Shown here piece by piece: positions 1 through 11,540 of a stretch of DNA of 64,000 nucleotides (position 1 is the stretch's first letter; every line of letters begins with the position of its first letter). Under the pieces are notes generated by a model. That model worked only from the letters and a program-made list of their open reading frames with translations, was not told the DNA's origin and made no database searches. A program made the translations under genes and the position numbers. Source of the stretch: Camelus ferus (Eukaryota); contig NC_045715.1 in NCBI RefSeq assembly GCF_009834535.1, forward strand, positions 17,918,001-17,982,000. Direction: 5' to 3'.

Positions 1-2050
1 ATTGTTCCTGCTCCTACAGAGGCCACATGGGGATCCTGGACCTCCACCTCAACCCAGCAATAGGAGACACTTCTTCCTTGTCAGTGTCAAAGGAGGTTGG
101 GGGAGAAACTTGGCCTGCCACTCCCACCTGACAATGAGGCAATGCCCCTCCTTCTACCCCAGGCATAGGGAGGAGTCTCTTAAGACCAAAAGTTTAAAAA
201 AGATTGAGACTCACCCAAAATGTTGTTATTTTTTAAAAGGTACTCTCATACTATTAAAGAGGGAAAATCTCCATTTTAAGTGAAAAATAACATATTGAGA
301 CCCAGATGACACAGATGTTAGAACTGGCCTACTAGGTATTCTAAACCAGCCATCATAAAATACTTAAATGAGCAAAGTTGGTGTCTCGTCAGAATCAACT
401 GGGGAGTTTCACGAATTTTATTTCTGGCTTCTCTCAAGTACAGGTATCTGAATTTTTTCTTTTAAATTTCCCATTCACCTGTTAAAGATCAACCAGCTAT
501 CAGCACAGATGTCAAAACAGCCTAATTTTGAGTTTAGGAGGCCCAGGTTTTGGTTTGGGCTTCTCAACTGAGGCTATACTTTAAGGTAAAATATCAACTA
601 TCAGGAATTAAGGAGAGAGAGAAAAGTAAGGAAGGCAAAAGCAAGCAAGCAAGTTAACAGTTATGAAGAACAAGATGAGGAAAAAAATAATCCCTACCTC
701 AGGAGATCATTCTGAAGAGGCTGAGAATAATATTACTACCCAGACCTCACCCCTCCAGGGGAGAACCTAAGGACTTTAAGGATTTTAAACTGCAGCTTGA
801 GTCCAAAAAAATTTTTTTCCCCTGGGGATGGGGGGAGAGGTTATGATCTCAAAAACAAAATTTTTGGTTTCTAAGGCAAGCTTCTCTTTCACAACTGTAT
901 TTTGCGTGTACTGAGATAGGAAATACTTCTTAAATAGCAGTCGACTGATTTGTGTGGGATCTGGGAAAAGATTAAGTTTTCTTTTAAAAGTAGTCTGTCC
1001 CTTTCGAGAAATTCTACTTGAAGTTTTATTCATCAAAACACACAGTTGTGTATGTCACCTACAATACTCTGCTCGTAAATTGAGAGAAAATATTTTTCTT
1101 CTCTTTGAATACGCAGTCAACTGCTGGCTCTTTTCCCAGCTTCTCTTCCTCTCCAACCTGGGACCTAGACCAGCCCCACTGACTCTTCTTCCTCAGCCAA
1201 GGCCCTTCCTGTTGGGATTATTTGTAGATCCGCGGGTTCCTTAAGAAAAACTAGCACAACTTCCTCTCCAACTGAGGCCCCCCGGGTCACTGACAAGGTG
1301 GCGCCAGACTGGGAATGGCGGGAAATTCAAATCTTTTGTCCCTCCTAGAGCCCATGGAGTGCCACCCTCACGAACCCTTCTAGTAGCATTCTCGAACGGT
1401 AAATCATCCAGGAAACGGGAGCCCAAATTTCAGGGATGCAGGAAAAATGGAAAGGACTTTAGGTAGGCTGTTACCACCGGTAAACAATTCTAACGCAAAA
1501 TTAGTAAGTTCCAACTGTGCACGAAGATTTCGAGGTAATGTCTCCAACAGAAGGGCCTACAGCAACCACAAATGATTTTGTTGTTTCCCCAGTGCCGGGG
1601 TGAGTTCAGTTCCGGCAAGGAAATGCCCCTACGTGTCCTTCACGAAGCCAGGACATCTCCAAGATCCCTCAGACTCCTCCCCCTCCTTAGGGCAGCTTCA
1701 ATAATCATTCCGAGGGTCTCTACTCTCTCAGATTCTAACCCATTCATTACCCGTCAGAGAAATTCCAATCTCCATCAGAAACTTTAAAGGGCAGGGTGGG
1801 GAGGAGTGCGCACTTTGAACAGTTTAGCGAGTACCTGGACTTTTAGTCTAGGGAAAACGGAAAATGTGATGTGAAAGTTATCTAGGTATTGCAGTACAGC
1901 AGTATGTTTCTCTTAAAAAAGACAGAAAAGAGCTGACCTTTAAACTAGAATTTGGCTCTAGCTGTTAAGATTGCTTGTACTATCAACGCTACTGGAGTAT
2001 ATCCCTTAGTAGGGCAAAACCGCAGTTACCCCACTAAGAAGCAGCAGTTA

Positions 2051-2090
2051 TAGCTCTTCTTTGACAAAGTGGGTGGCTCTGAAAAGAGCC
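2051..2090 (-). terminator. Histone 3' stem-loop and HDE of H2BC3
   Basis: Minus strand reads GGCTCTTTTCAGAGCC (2075-2090), then ACCCA, then the purine-rich [16 protein letters not shown] (2051-2063). Confidence 0.95.
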
Positions 2091-2119
2091 TTTGGATTAA
2101 GGAGTACTTCAGCAAACAC

Positions 2120-2527
<408 letters not shown>

Positions 2528-2579
2528 CTAACTGCACTCTCCACAACAAGGATCAGTGGGGTGAAAAGGCCACATCCCA

Positions 2580-2780
2580 TTCTCTTATAGTTCTGCAATG
2601 CAAATGAAGGTTCAAGATCTTGCACTTCTGATTGGATAAGAGCGTATATTTTCATCAAGGGGGAGGGGTTTATGCAAATAAAGGCTCCACATAGTCTTTT
2701 TCTATTGGATAGAGGAAAAAACCATATTTTGACCAATCGGATAGCTTACAGACTCGTCTTTGTACTATGTATAAAAGGAT
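2580..2780. promoter_or_regulatory. Bidirectional H2B/H2A promoter
   Basis: Octamer ATGCAAAT at 2598-2605 and 2672-2679. H2B TATA (CTATAAG, minus) at ~2584-2590. Several CCAAT/ATTGG boxes at 2630-2740. TATAAAA at 2770-2776 faces H2A. Confidence 0.85.
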
Positions 2781-2843
2781 TTTTTCTGCTACTTCCTATT
2801 TTTACACACAAGTTTTGCTATTTAGTTTCACCAGCTGGATATC

Positions 2844-3231
2844 ATGTCTGGGTGTGGTAAACAAAGTGGTAAAGCTAGAGCTAAAACCAAGATTTGCTCT
2901 TTCCGAGCTGGCTTGCAGTTCCCGGTGGGCCGAGTGCATAGCTTGCTGCGTAAAGGCAACTACTCCGAGATGGTGAGGGCCGGCGCGCCAGTGTACCTGG
3001 CGGCGGTGCTGGAGTTCCTGATGGCCGAGATCCTGGAGCTGGCGGGCAACGCGTTCCGCGACAACAAGATGCAGATCATCCTGCGCCACCTGCAGCTGGC
3101 CATCCGCAATGACGAGGAGCTCAACAATCTGCTGGGTAGTCACCATTGCTCAGGGCGGCGTCCTGCCGAACGTCCAGTCCATGCTGCTGCCCAAGAAGAC
3201 CGAGAGCCACCACAAGGGCAAGGGCAAGTAA
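2844..3231 (+). pseudogene. H2AC5P: Frameshifted histone H2A pseudogene at the human H2AC5P position
   Basis: H2A-like from ATG 2844 with many missense changes (e.g. R3C, R11T, T59M, P80L), one codon lost in NKKTR, and a 2-nt deletion at ~3138. The rest of H2A ([13 protein letters not shown]...HHKGKGK, TAA 3229-3231) is in another frame. Confidence 0.85.
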
Positions 3232-3277
3232 AGCCTAGACGAAACAACGAATTCCTACTTTTCATTAGCCATGTAAA

Positions 3278-3318
3278 GGCTCTTTTCAGAGCCATGTACG
3301 TTGTCACAAGAAAAGCTG
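3278..3318 (+). terminator. Stem-loop and HDE retained by the H2A pseudogene
   Basis: GGCTCTTTTCAGAGCC at 3278-3293 and AAGAAAAGCTG at ~3308-3318. The flanks are degenerate (ATGTA instead of ACCCA). Confidence 0.85.
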
Positions 3319-4039
3319 GTAACCAGGTTGTGCTGTGTCGGTGGTATCTATTTAGAAAAAATAAGACATTATTAAAATATCGAGTTGCAGATAAATTGGC
3401 CGTCCCACGAGCATTTTAGTGCATACCAGGTGAAATTTCTGTAACCAACAAAGGTATTTGCAAAAAGGAGGCAGGAGTGTCACGGATATGTAGACAAAAA
3501 CAATGTTTCCCTTTGCCGAAAATAAATCTGCTCGCCTTTACAGGTTTTAAATTAAGCAAAATTCATGTTTTCCAACAAAAGTCAGCAAGCGTTGATTGCT
3601 ATACAGTGTGTATCTGGCATTATCAAATCAGGCTATTTTGCATGCTATTTCAAATAATCCACCCAGGGACCCTGCCACTTAATTTCACATAAGAGAAAAA
3701 CTCGGCATTAGAGAAGCTATGATGACCAAAGAAATAGGAAGCGGCAGTCCAGCCAGTTTGAAACTTAAAAGTAACCCAATTGTCTTTGGGAGAAAGAAAT
3801 AGACACAGTTGTACTGAATTCATTGTGCGAAACAGCAGGATTGACAATCTGCGAGTGTGTCAAGAACTGAGAATCTTAGGTCCCACTCAGGTTTACTAAA
3901 TCAGAAATTAACCTGGTCCTTACATGGCTCCTTTTGCACGCTGTAGTTGGCGATAGGATTAAATAGAACATTTGAAAATTCATTCTTTCAGGTCTCAGAG
4001 ACAAAAGGGGAATCGGGAATGGGTGGTGAAGTAATTTAT

Positions 4040-4157
4040 CCAATCAGATTCTCTAGTAATAAACCAGTCCCCTACCCCCTTTCAGGCCAATGGTTATATC
4101 GCGCGGGACTTTTGAAAAATTGCAAGACCAATCAGAATGCTTCTAACTATATTTAAG
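4040..4157 (+). promoter_or_regulatory. H3 promoter
   Basis: CCAAT at 4040, 4087 and 4128; GCGCGGGACTTTTGAAAA at 4101-4118; TATATTTA at 4148-4155. Confidence 0.8.
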
Positions 4158-4209
4158 GACAACTGCCTAAGCTTGCCTCAGATTGCAGTTGTGTATTCAG
4201 TCGTTCGTG

Positions 4210-4620
4210 ATGGCTCGTACTAAACAGACAGCCCGCAANNNNNNNNNNNNNNNNNNNNNNNNNNNNNNNNNNNNNNNNNNNNNNNNNNNNNNNNNNNNNN
4301 NNNNNNNNNNNNNNNNNNNNNNNNNNNNNNNNNNNNNNNNNNNNNNNNNNNNNNNNNNNNNNNNNNNNNNNNNNNNNNNNNNNNNNNNNNNNNNNNNNNN
4401 NNNNNNNNNNNNNNNNNNNNNNNNNNNNNNNNNNNNNNNNNNNNNNNNNNNNNNNNNNNNNNNNNNNNNNNNNNNNNNNNNNNNNNNNNNNNNNNNNNNN
4501 NNNNNNNNNNNNNNNNNNNNNNNNNNNNNNNNNNNNNNNNNNNNNNNNNNNNNNNNNNNNNTCACCATCATGCCCAAGGACATTCAGCTCGCGCGCCGCA
4601 TCCGCGGGGAGAGGGCGTAA
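4210..4620 (+). CDS. H3C3: Histone H3 (centre masked; H3.1 vs H3.2 cannot be determined)
   Basis: MARTKQTAR... and ...TIMPKDIQLARRIRGERA* flank N 4239-4561. Total 411 nt equals canonical H3. Stem-loop at 4646-4661. Symbol assigned by synteny. Confidence 0.9.
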   Translation: MARTKQTARXXXXXXXXXXXXXXXXXXXXXXXXXXXXXXXXXXXXXXXXXXXXXXXXXXXXXXXXXXXXXXXXXXXXXXXXXXXXXXXXXXXXXXXXXXXXXXXXXXXXXXXXXXXXXTIMPKDIQLARRIRGERA

Positions 4621-4645
4621 AGCAGATTTCTTTACAATTGAAAAA

Positions 4646-4687
4646 GGCTCTTTTCAGAGCCACCCACCATTTCAGTTAAAAGTAGTT
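4646..4687 (+). terminator. H3 stem-loop and HDE
   Basis: GGCTCTTTTCAGAGCC at 4646-4661, then ACCCA, then AAAAGTAGTTG at ~4677-4687. Confidence 0.9.
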
Positions 4688-7197
4688 GTAATACGGTTGT
4701 AAGTCTCGGTTGCTGTGGCGTTGAAGGTAGCCGTGCTGTGAGAAGTAACCGTAGGTGCTTAAGGGCTTTATGTATGAAAAATAATGTAAGTCTATTTGGA
4801 TTTGATTTACCAGAAAACTGATAATTAAAATCTCAGAAGCATTCACATTTATGACTTATGCAAAGTAGAGTTAAGTGCATTATGTATATATTCGTATAGG
4901 GCCCTTTGGCCATGGCCTTTAACTCCTTTTAATCTACCTGAGAACACAAGTCTTAACAATATCTATGCATAACATTTCCAATAGTCCACAAACATCCGCA
5001 TCTGTCTACATGGTCCACAAATGGTGTACCTGAAGTAGGATTGTAGTTTAGGGCATAGAAACTGACCTCAGTACTCACCACTAAAGGTCCACTAAATAGA
5101 TTTATATAACAAAAATAAGACTTACCTACGCATATTAAAATCGGATGTGAGATACTTAAGGGTATCAACTATAGTTTCTTTTACCCATGTTTCCTTTTAA
5201 TACATACAAAAACATCCATTTAAGTGTTAATTTCTTTTTAAAATTTCCACCTATAGAAGTATAATTGATGGAGTAGATGAAGGTTTTCTGAGGCCTAAAG
5301 CTTACACAACTGAGTGACTCTTAAAACTACAAACAGAATTACAAAGACAAACTAGATAATGAATATTAATTAATAATGAGAAAACCAATTTAAATTCTAC
5401 AAAACCAGACACAACCATAGCCATCACAAAGTTCAGAAAAACAGCACATTTTATTAACTTGGACACACTGCTTTTTCATATATTTTTGACTACTCTGATT
5501 CCATCTTCAAATAAAAATTATTTTGGAATATTTTGTATACAGTATAAACAGTGGGAAGAGAATTGAGTATTCCTTTTAGGGTGATCACAATTTGTTTTAT
5601 TCCCTCGATAACTTAGAATTTCAGCTTCAGAGGACTATTGGTAATATCAAGCATGTTTTTCAGATAGTTTTCAAATTTGAAAAATTCTCTGTCAAGCTTC
5701 TTTCTTTGTGAGTTGTATAATTTGAAAGAATTCTTTACAGGCTAGCTTCTGGCTCTACATTTCAAGTCTCAATTCTCCACTTCTGCACTCACTCCCAGTG
5801 GGGGGTAAGTGGGTATATGACTTCTAGCCCTGCATTTTCTTGCTAGTAATCCAGGTGAGGTTGTCATTTAGTAGGAGCATTCCTTGAAGCCATTCTTATA
5901 TCAGATTGGCTTAGCAACAACTGAACTATGTATGAGCACATCTGCAAATCACTTTATATATCTCATTAACCCCATGCTAAATATATATTCAAGCAAATTT
6001 TCTCTTCTTAAATCCCAAATATGCTCATCAACATCCCAACTAATCAGACAAAAGGTGAATTGTAATGGAAGAGATGATCAAGTAGAAATAAGCAATAGTT
6101 TTAATGAACTGTTATTAAATATGTCAACATAGAAATGTAAACAAAGTTTTTTTTTAAATGAGAGCAAGTGGACACACTCCCAGGGCCTTGGAAGAATGAA
6201 GTCTGACACTTGAGTTTCATTAGCTTTAGGGTAAACCTGCCTCTCAGCACTGACTGCGTTTCCAGGTGATATATGGCTTTCCCTACCCTCCTACCACTGT
6301 GTTCTACTGCAGTGGAGTGCCCCAGGAGTTGAGAATCACGTCTCGGATGACTCTCTAGACTCTGAGATAGAGCACTGCTTCACATGATGCTTTGGATGAT
6401 GGTACCTTTCTCAAAGAGAGATACTAGGAGGAGAAACTTAATTGGGAGGATATAGAGTCAACTCTGAGGAATGGAAACACTTTCAGTGTGCAGGTGAGTT
6501 CACTGGGTCAACTTTATAGGTGTCATATGTCCATTCTGTGCTGAATATCACCTTCCTTTAGGAAGGTCCCTATGGAAGGAAGAAAAAAAACAAACAAACA
6601 AACAAACAAAAAAAAAACCACGGAGTCATTGGATGAGTCAGTCTAATAGCTAACATTGATAATTTTCCATGGGTCAAGTACCACATGACCTGATTGGCCT
6701 CAATTATTATATATCTCTTGCTACAACACTGAAAGGTAAGTTCTCTGTCTCCATGTAATAGAGGAAATTCAGCCTAAGAGAGTTTAGTAAATTGGCCAAA
6801 TTCATGCTGCTAGCAAATATGTCCAGGAAGTCTCACACCAAACCCACCCTCTAAATATTTTTTGATCAATAAGATTACCCAGGAATGGATTATCAGATCT
6901 AATTTCCTCCTCAAGGGTAACTGTCTTGGAGATTGGGTTGAACTCAAGTTGAATAGGGAGGGGTTGCTGTGGCCTGGCTTGGGCTACATTCTGTTATCAG
7001 ATTCCTCTAGTCAGAGATCTGATATGAGATGAGGTAGGTCGGATGACCAAAAGAAACATCAGTCTTAAGGATGAACTTCTGCAGTTTATGGTCTTTAGTC
7101 TTCAGCTTAGGACCAGGTCAGCATAATGATTTCCTTGGAAACATCTAGATTCTGCTCCAGAGCAAGTATTCTCTTATGTCTTCCTTTCAGTATATAC

Positions 7198-7527
7198 TAT
7201 AGAGCTATATTGCAGCCACTAGCAGTATGTGGCTATTAAGCAGTTGAAATGTGGCTAGTTCAAACTGAGATGAACTTAAGTGTAAAATTTAACTTAAGTG
7301 CGAAATTTGATATTTGTATTCCAAAGAATTAGTAAAAAATTTCAGTTAGTATAAAAAAAAAATCTCATTAATTTTATATTAGATCACTTAGTGAAATCAT
7401 ATTTTGATTATAGTGGGTTTAAATATTAAAATTGATTTGTTTCTTTTTACTTGTCTTAAATGTGGCTATTAGAACACTTTTAATTACATATGTGGCTTTT
7501 ATTATATTTCTGAGGAATAGCGCTAGT
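7198..7527. mobile_element. MER33/MER3-like hAT-Charlie DNA transposon relic
   Basis: Characteristic GCCACTAG..TGTGGCTATT..TTGAAATGTGGCTAGT motifs, recalled from consensus. Confidence 0.65.
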
Positions 7528-9009
7528 ACACAGAGGATAATTATACCCACTGCTCAGAAATTAACTAGCTATGTCCTTTACGTGACCAAGCCTCAGTAAT
7601 AATGGGACTTACCTCAAAGTGCTGTGACAAGAACATGTTTGAAAATAAACGGAGGGTGCTCAGCGACAGTGCTTGGTGTGTTGTAAATTAGTGCTCAAGA
7701 AATGCTAGTTGTCAGCACTATTGGTGTTATCACTGTGCCCTAAATTCCTGTTCCCTTCTGAAATCCTCTAATGATGTAATCCTGTCTTGTACTGTACCGT
7801 TGAATTATCAGTCAGCAGTTTAGTTTATGCAGTGTGTATTGCCATTTTGGCTAAACAGCCAAGCTTTGCCAATTATTTGAATATATTATTGCTGTTGTTA
7901 ATATTATGTTATAATAGTAAATGAATACTGGAAATAATACTAATGTCAAAATAAAATATAGGTCTTATAAACTAAAAATCAAGGCGAGAAGCTCTTGGTT
8001 AAAGTAGCCAATTTTTAGATTCAATTGACTGGCTTAGTAGACCCAAGCCAGTCAACTATGTAAAAGGATTGTGAAGGAATGGAATAAAATTAAAGAACAT
8101 GGACAAAACTGAAGAAATATTGTTGAAGATTGTATCTAATGGCTAGGTGAAATTAGAGATTTTTACAATAACTTTCAGATCTCTGTGAATAAACTCTCCC
8201 TCCACCCTTAATAGAGAAGAATGGTTATATTTGTTTTTGAGGAATTTGTTTTATTTAAAAGTAGAAGGCATCTTTCATCTATGCCAATATGTTTGCAGGA
8301 AATACTCAATTCTATGATCAATTGTAAGTCTATAAACTCAATAAATTTAGACCCCAAAAGGCATTCATAAGAGATTTGAAGAAAAATTAGAGAATTAATT
8401 CTCTTTACTTAGGTTGGTTCCTCCCCTGCCTCTTAGAATCAAGCAAATGGGTGGACTTGAAAGTATTGGAAGATGAAAGGGAACACAGAAGTACACGATG
8501 CTATTACTATAAGCACTAACTGTGACTATATTTGGGGTGTCTTAATCGGGTCTCCTAGTTGTTGGAACTTGACCCAGCCTGAGCTCAGTGAGGAGGCCCC
8601 AATGGCAGGAGTTCCGATGGCTCAAAGAACCAGTAACTCAGGAGGTGTCAGAAACCCAGATACTACAACTCTATCTCTCATCTCTGCTTTTCTCTGCACT
8701 TTGGCTCCATTCTGTTCTTTTCATCCGCTAGATCTCTTGGTTTCTCATACACAGTGTCTAAGGAGACAGCTTCCAACCCCTGACATCAAGTCAACTCAAT
8801 TTCTATAACTGAATTCCAGTTTTTGAATAGAAAATTTTGATTGGTTCAAACTGGCTCAATGCCCTCTGCACCAATCAACCTCTCTTTAAGGTCAGACACT
8901 CTTCCGTTTTTAGTCTACAAAAGACAATCTGTATTAAGACACACTGGCATTCAAACTTTAAACCAAAGGTGAAGTTAAGACGACTAGGATATTTGAGACC
9001 AGAAGTCAT

Positions 9010-9270
9010 TCTAGTGTTTCATCGTCCACATCGTTGCTATGAGCCACAAATGGTTAACTGAGCTCTTGAAATGGGCCAGTGGGAACTGAAATGTCCTGTA
9101 TGTGTAAACTAGATTCCAACGACATAGTATGGGAAACAAGAAACAATGTTAAATATCTCCTAAGTATTTTTACATTGATTTTATGTTGAATGATAATACT
9201 TTGGATATACTGGATTAAATAAATTATATTACTAAAATTGATCTTATCTTTTCCCTTTATTTACGTGGCC
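9010..9270. mobile_element. MER33-like relic
   Basis: Similar in sequence and orientation to 7198-7527. Confidence 0.55.
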
Positions 9271-9369
9271 AGTGCTGTTCTAGAGATTATTAATTCATTA
9301 TGGATAGATCCCTTCAATATGTGGATATCTTTGATGGGCACTTTATGGGATGCTGGCCCTTAAGGAATC

Positions 9370-10130
9370 TAAAATATCAAGTTGCCATTTCCAACAGCAA
9401 CAAATAAGATACAATATTTGGGAATAAAGGTAGTAAGAAATGTGAAGATACATTTGGAGAAAGTTTAAAACATTCTCCACAGACACAAAATATTTGAACA
9501 AATAGAAAAATATACAATGTTTTTTGAATAGGAAAACTCATCATCCCCTAAAATTAATTAATAAATTTAACACAATCCCAGTAAAACTACCAATAGGGTT
9601 TTGAGGGTTTTCATGTGTAATGGAAGAATGAACAAGCAGGAGATGGGAAGCATCTTAAGTACATATAGAAAAACAAAACAAATAATCAAACAAAAAATAG
9701 AAAACCCAGAAAATTTTAAAAAAGTAATGAGAGGGAATTACCTCGATTAGCAATTAAAGTCTTATAACATCTCAGCTTATTAAACATTCAATTCTTACTT
9801 TATTATCTACTATGGGCCATGTATTCTCAGAATTGATAGCCCTGTGAACAATATTTAAAACAGTTCAATCTCACCCTTGGGACTGACCGAAAGACCAAAA
9901 GAACAAAATAGAAAACCCAGAATGAGTCCTATCCACAAAAATTAGCCTATGATAAAGGTGGAACTTCAAGCGCTGATGGGGTGGGGAGCAGAAGGGAGGC
10001 AGAAATGGAAGAGTTAATAAATGATTTGGGGGGGGGAATTATCCACGTATTAAACCTTACACCAAACTACAGAGGGCTCAATTATTTTAAGTGTAAAATT
10101 AACAATGGAAAATTACTGGAAGAAAGATGG
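9370..10130 (+). mobile_element. Old LINE-1 (L1M) ORF2 fragments
   Basis: A-rich, with motifs such as AAATTTAACACAATCCCAGTAAAA and ATAGAAAACCCAGAA typical of the L1 ORF2 3' region. Confidence 0.55.
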
Positions 10131-11310
10131 GAGAATTGTCTTTCTTCGCGTGTGTGCGCTGTGCTCTCAAAGGGAAGTTTTTCTATTCGTGATTATAAAG
10201 AAAACAAAGAATAAATTATACCAATTCAATAAGGAGGCGGGGAGGGATGAGTTCCCTGGTCATTACACTAATGCGGGAATTAACACACACCAGATTCGTC
10301 GTTGCTGCAATGGTTGAAGCGCTGAGCTGCAGGTCTGCAGAAGCCAGTCTCGGGAACTTGTCTTGAGAAATTCTGTGCACACCAGAATAAAAACAGGACG
10401 CTGGATTTTCTCTATCTAGGAGAAACGCCATGAATATGAAAGAATCCACAGATAACAATGTTAATGGAAACTAAAGCCCTTTATTACAGACATCACCCTC
10501 ATCCACACACACATTTCCAATACTTTACCAATGTATTCTTCGCGTAGAAACATTTGGGTTGAACAAAAATGCACTTAAAGTATCTTCAGTTTTAGATTAT
10601 CTATCTAAAATGAGGATCGGTGACCGGCCGGCCAGGACAAAATGGCCGACTAAAGTTGGTTTCGATGAGCTCAAATCCATCACCCATTTGTCGAAAGTTA
10701 CACAATACGAGGGACTGAATGATCCCAGGTCCAGGCTTGCCCTGAGTGCAAAAGTCGTTGCTGCCGCTGTAATTACTTTTCAATGTTCCTTTGCTGCCAC
10801 AGCAAACCACAATTCACAGAATGCAGGGCAAGGGCGCCTGCAGCCACTCCCCACCCAGGGCTGGATGCTATCAACGCCCCAGAGACACGAACTTGAGTTT
10901 CGAAAACATGGAGAACGCCCGAAATATCAGACACATTTCTCTATCAAGCGAAAAGGGCTAACGCAACAGGAAGAAAACAGACTATGGAGGACCGCCACCA
11001 ACCAATTAAACACAGAATGAAAATCATGGGGTGAAGGAGTGAACCAACCCGCGAGCAGGGCGGGACTTTTAAATGAGTTGTTAGCCCAATCGGATGTCCC
11101 TTAAGACTACGAAACTGGCTGGATTTATTTGTGGTTGTTTTCGCTGTTCACAAGAGCGGAGCGGGGCGGGGCTGGCGGGTATCCCAAGTACTCAAGCCGC
11201 CGGAAAACGTTTGCTAACAGCTGACCGGGAGGCGAGCCAGAGGACTGTAGGGGGTAGGGGCAACCCCCTGAATTGGGGTCAGGTTCTGCACAGTAACAGA
11301 ACCCACTCTC

Positions 11311-11368
11311 TCTCCCTCCATCCCCCCCCAATCTCCCTCCATCCCCCCCCAATCTCCCTCCATCCCCC
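11311..11368 (+). repeat. 21-bp tandem repeat, ~2.8 copies (TCTCCCTCCATCCCCCCCCAA)
   Basis: Identical copies at 11311-11331 and 11332-11352, partial copy at 11353-11368. Confidence 0.95.
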
Positions 11369-11466
11369 TTGCTCTTTTCTACTCGGCAGCCAACTGACAG
11401 TAGAATGACTCCTGCGCCACTTTAAATATAAAGGCGAAACGAAAGAGCAGGTAAAGCAGGCATGTA

Positions 11467-11507
11467 CAGCTCTTTTTTTGATATCAGTGGTGGCTCTGAA
11501 AAGAGCC
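11467..11507 (-). terminator. H1-2 stem-loop and HDE
   Basis: Minus strand GGCTCTTTTCAGAGCC at 11492-11507; HDE CAAAAAAAGAGCTG at 11467-11480. Confidence 0.95.
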
Positions 11508-11540
11508 GTTTTGGGTTTAAAGAAGCAGAAGCTCAACAAT

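Noticed and set aside
1291-1304. CTCF-like TGACAAGGTGGCGC
   Set aside because: Three mismatches in the 5' half of the core; too weak to call.
2844-3419. 191-aa H2A-like ORF as a novel long-tailed H2A variant
   Set aside because: The extra tail is the frameshifted H2A C-terminus plus 3' flank, runs through the stem-loop cleavage site, and the core has many damaging substitutions.
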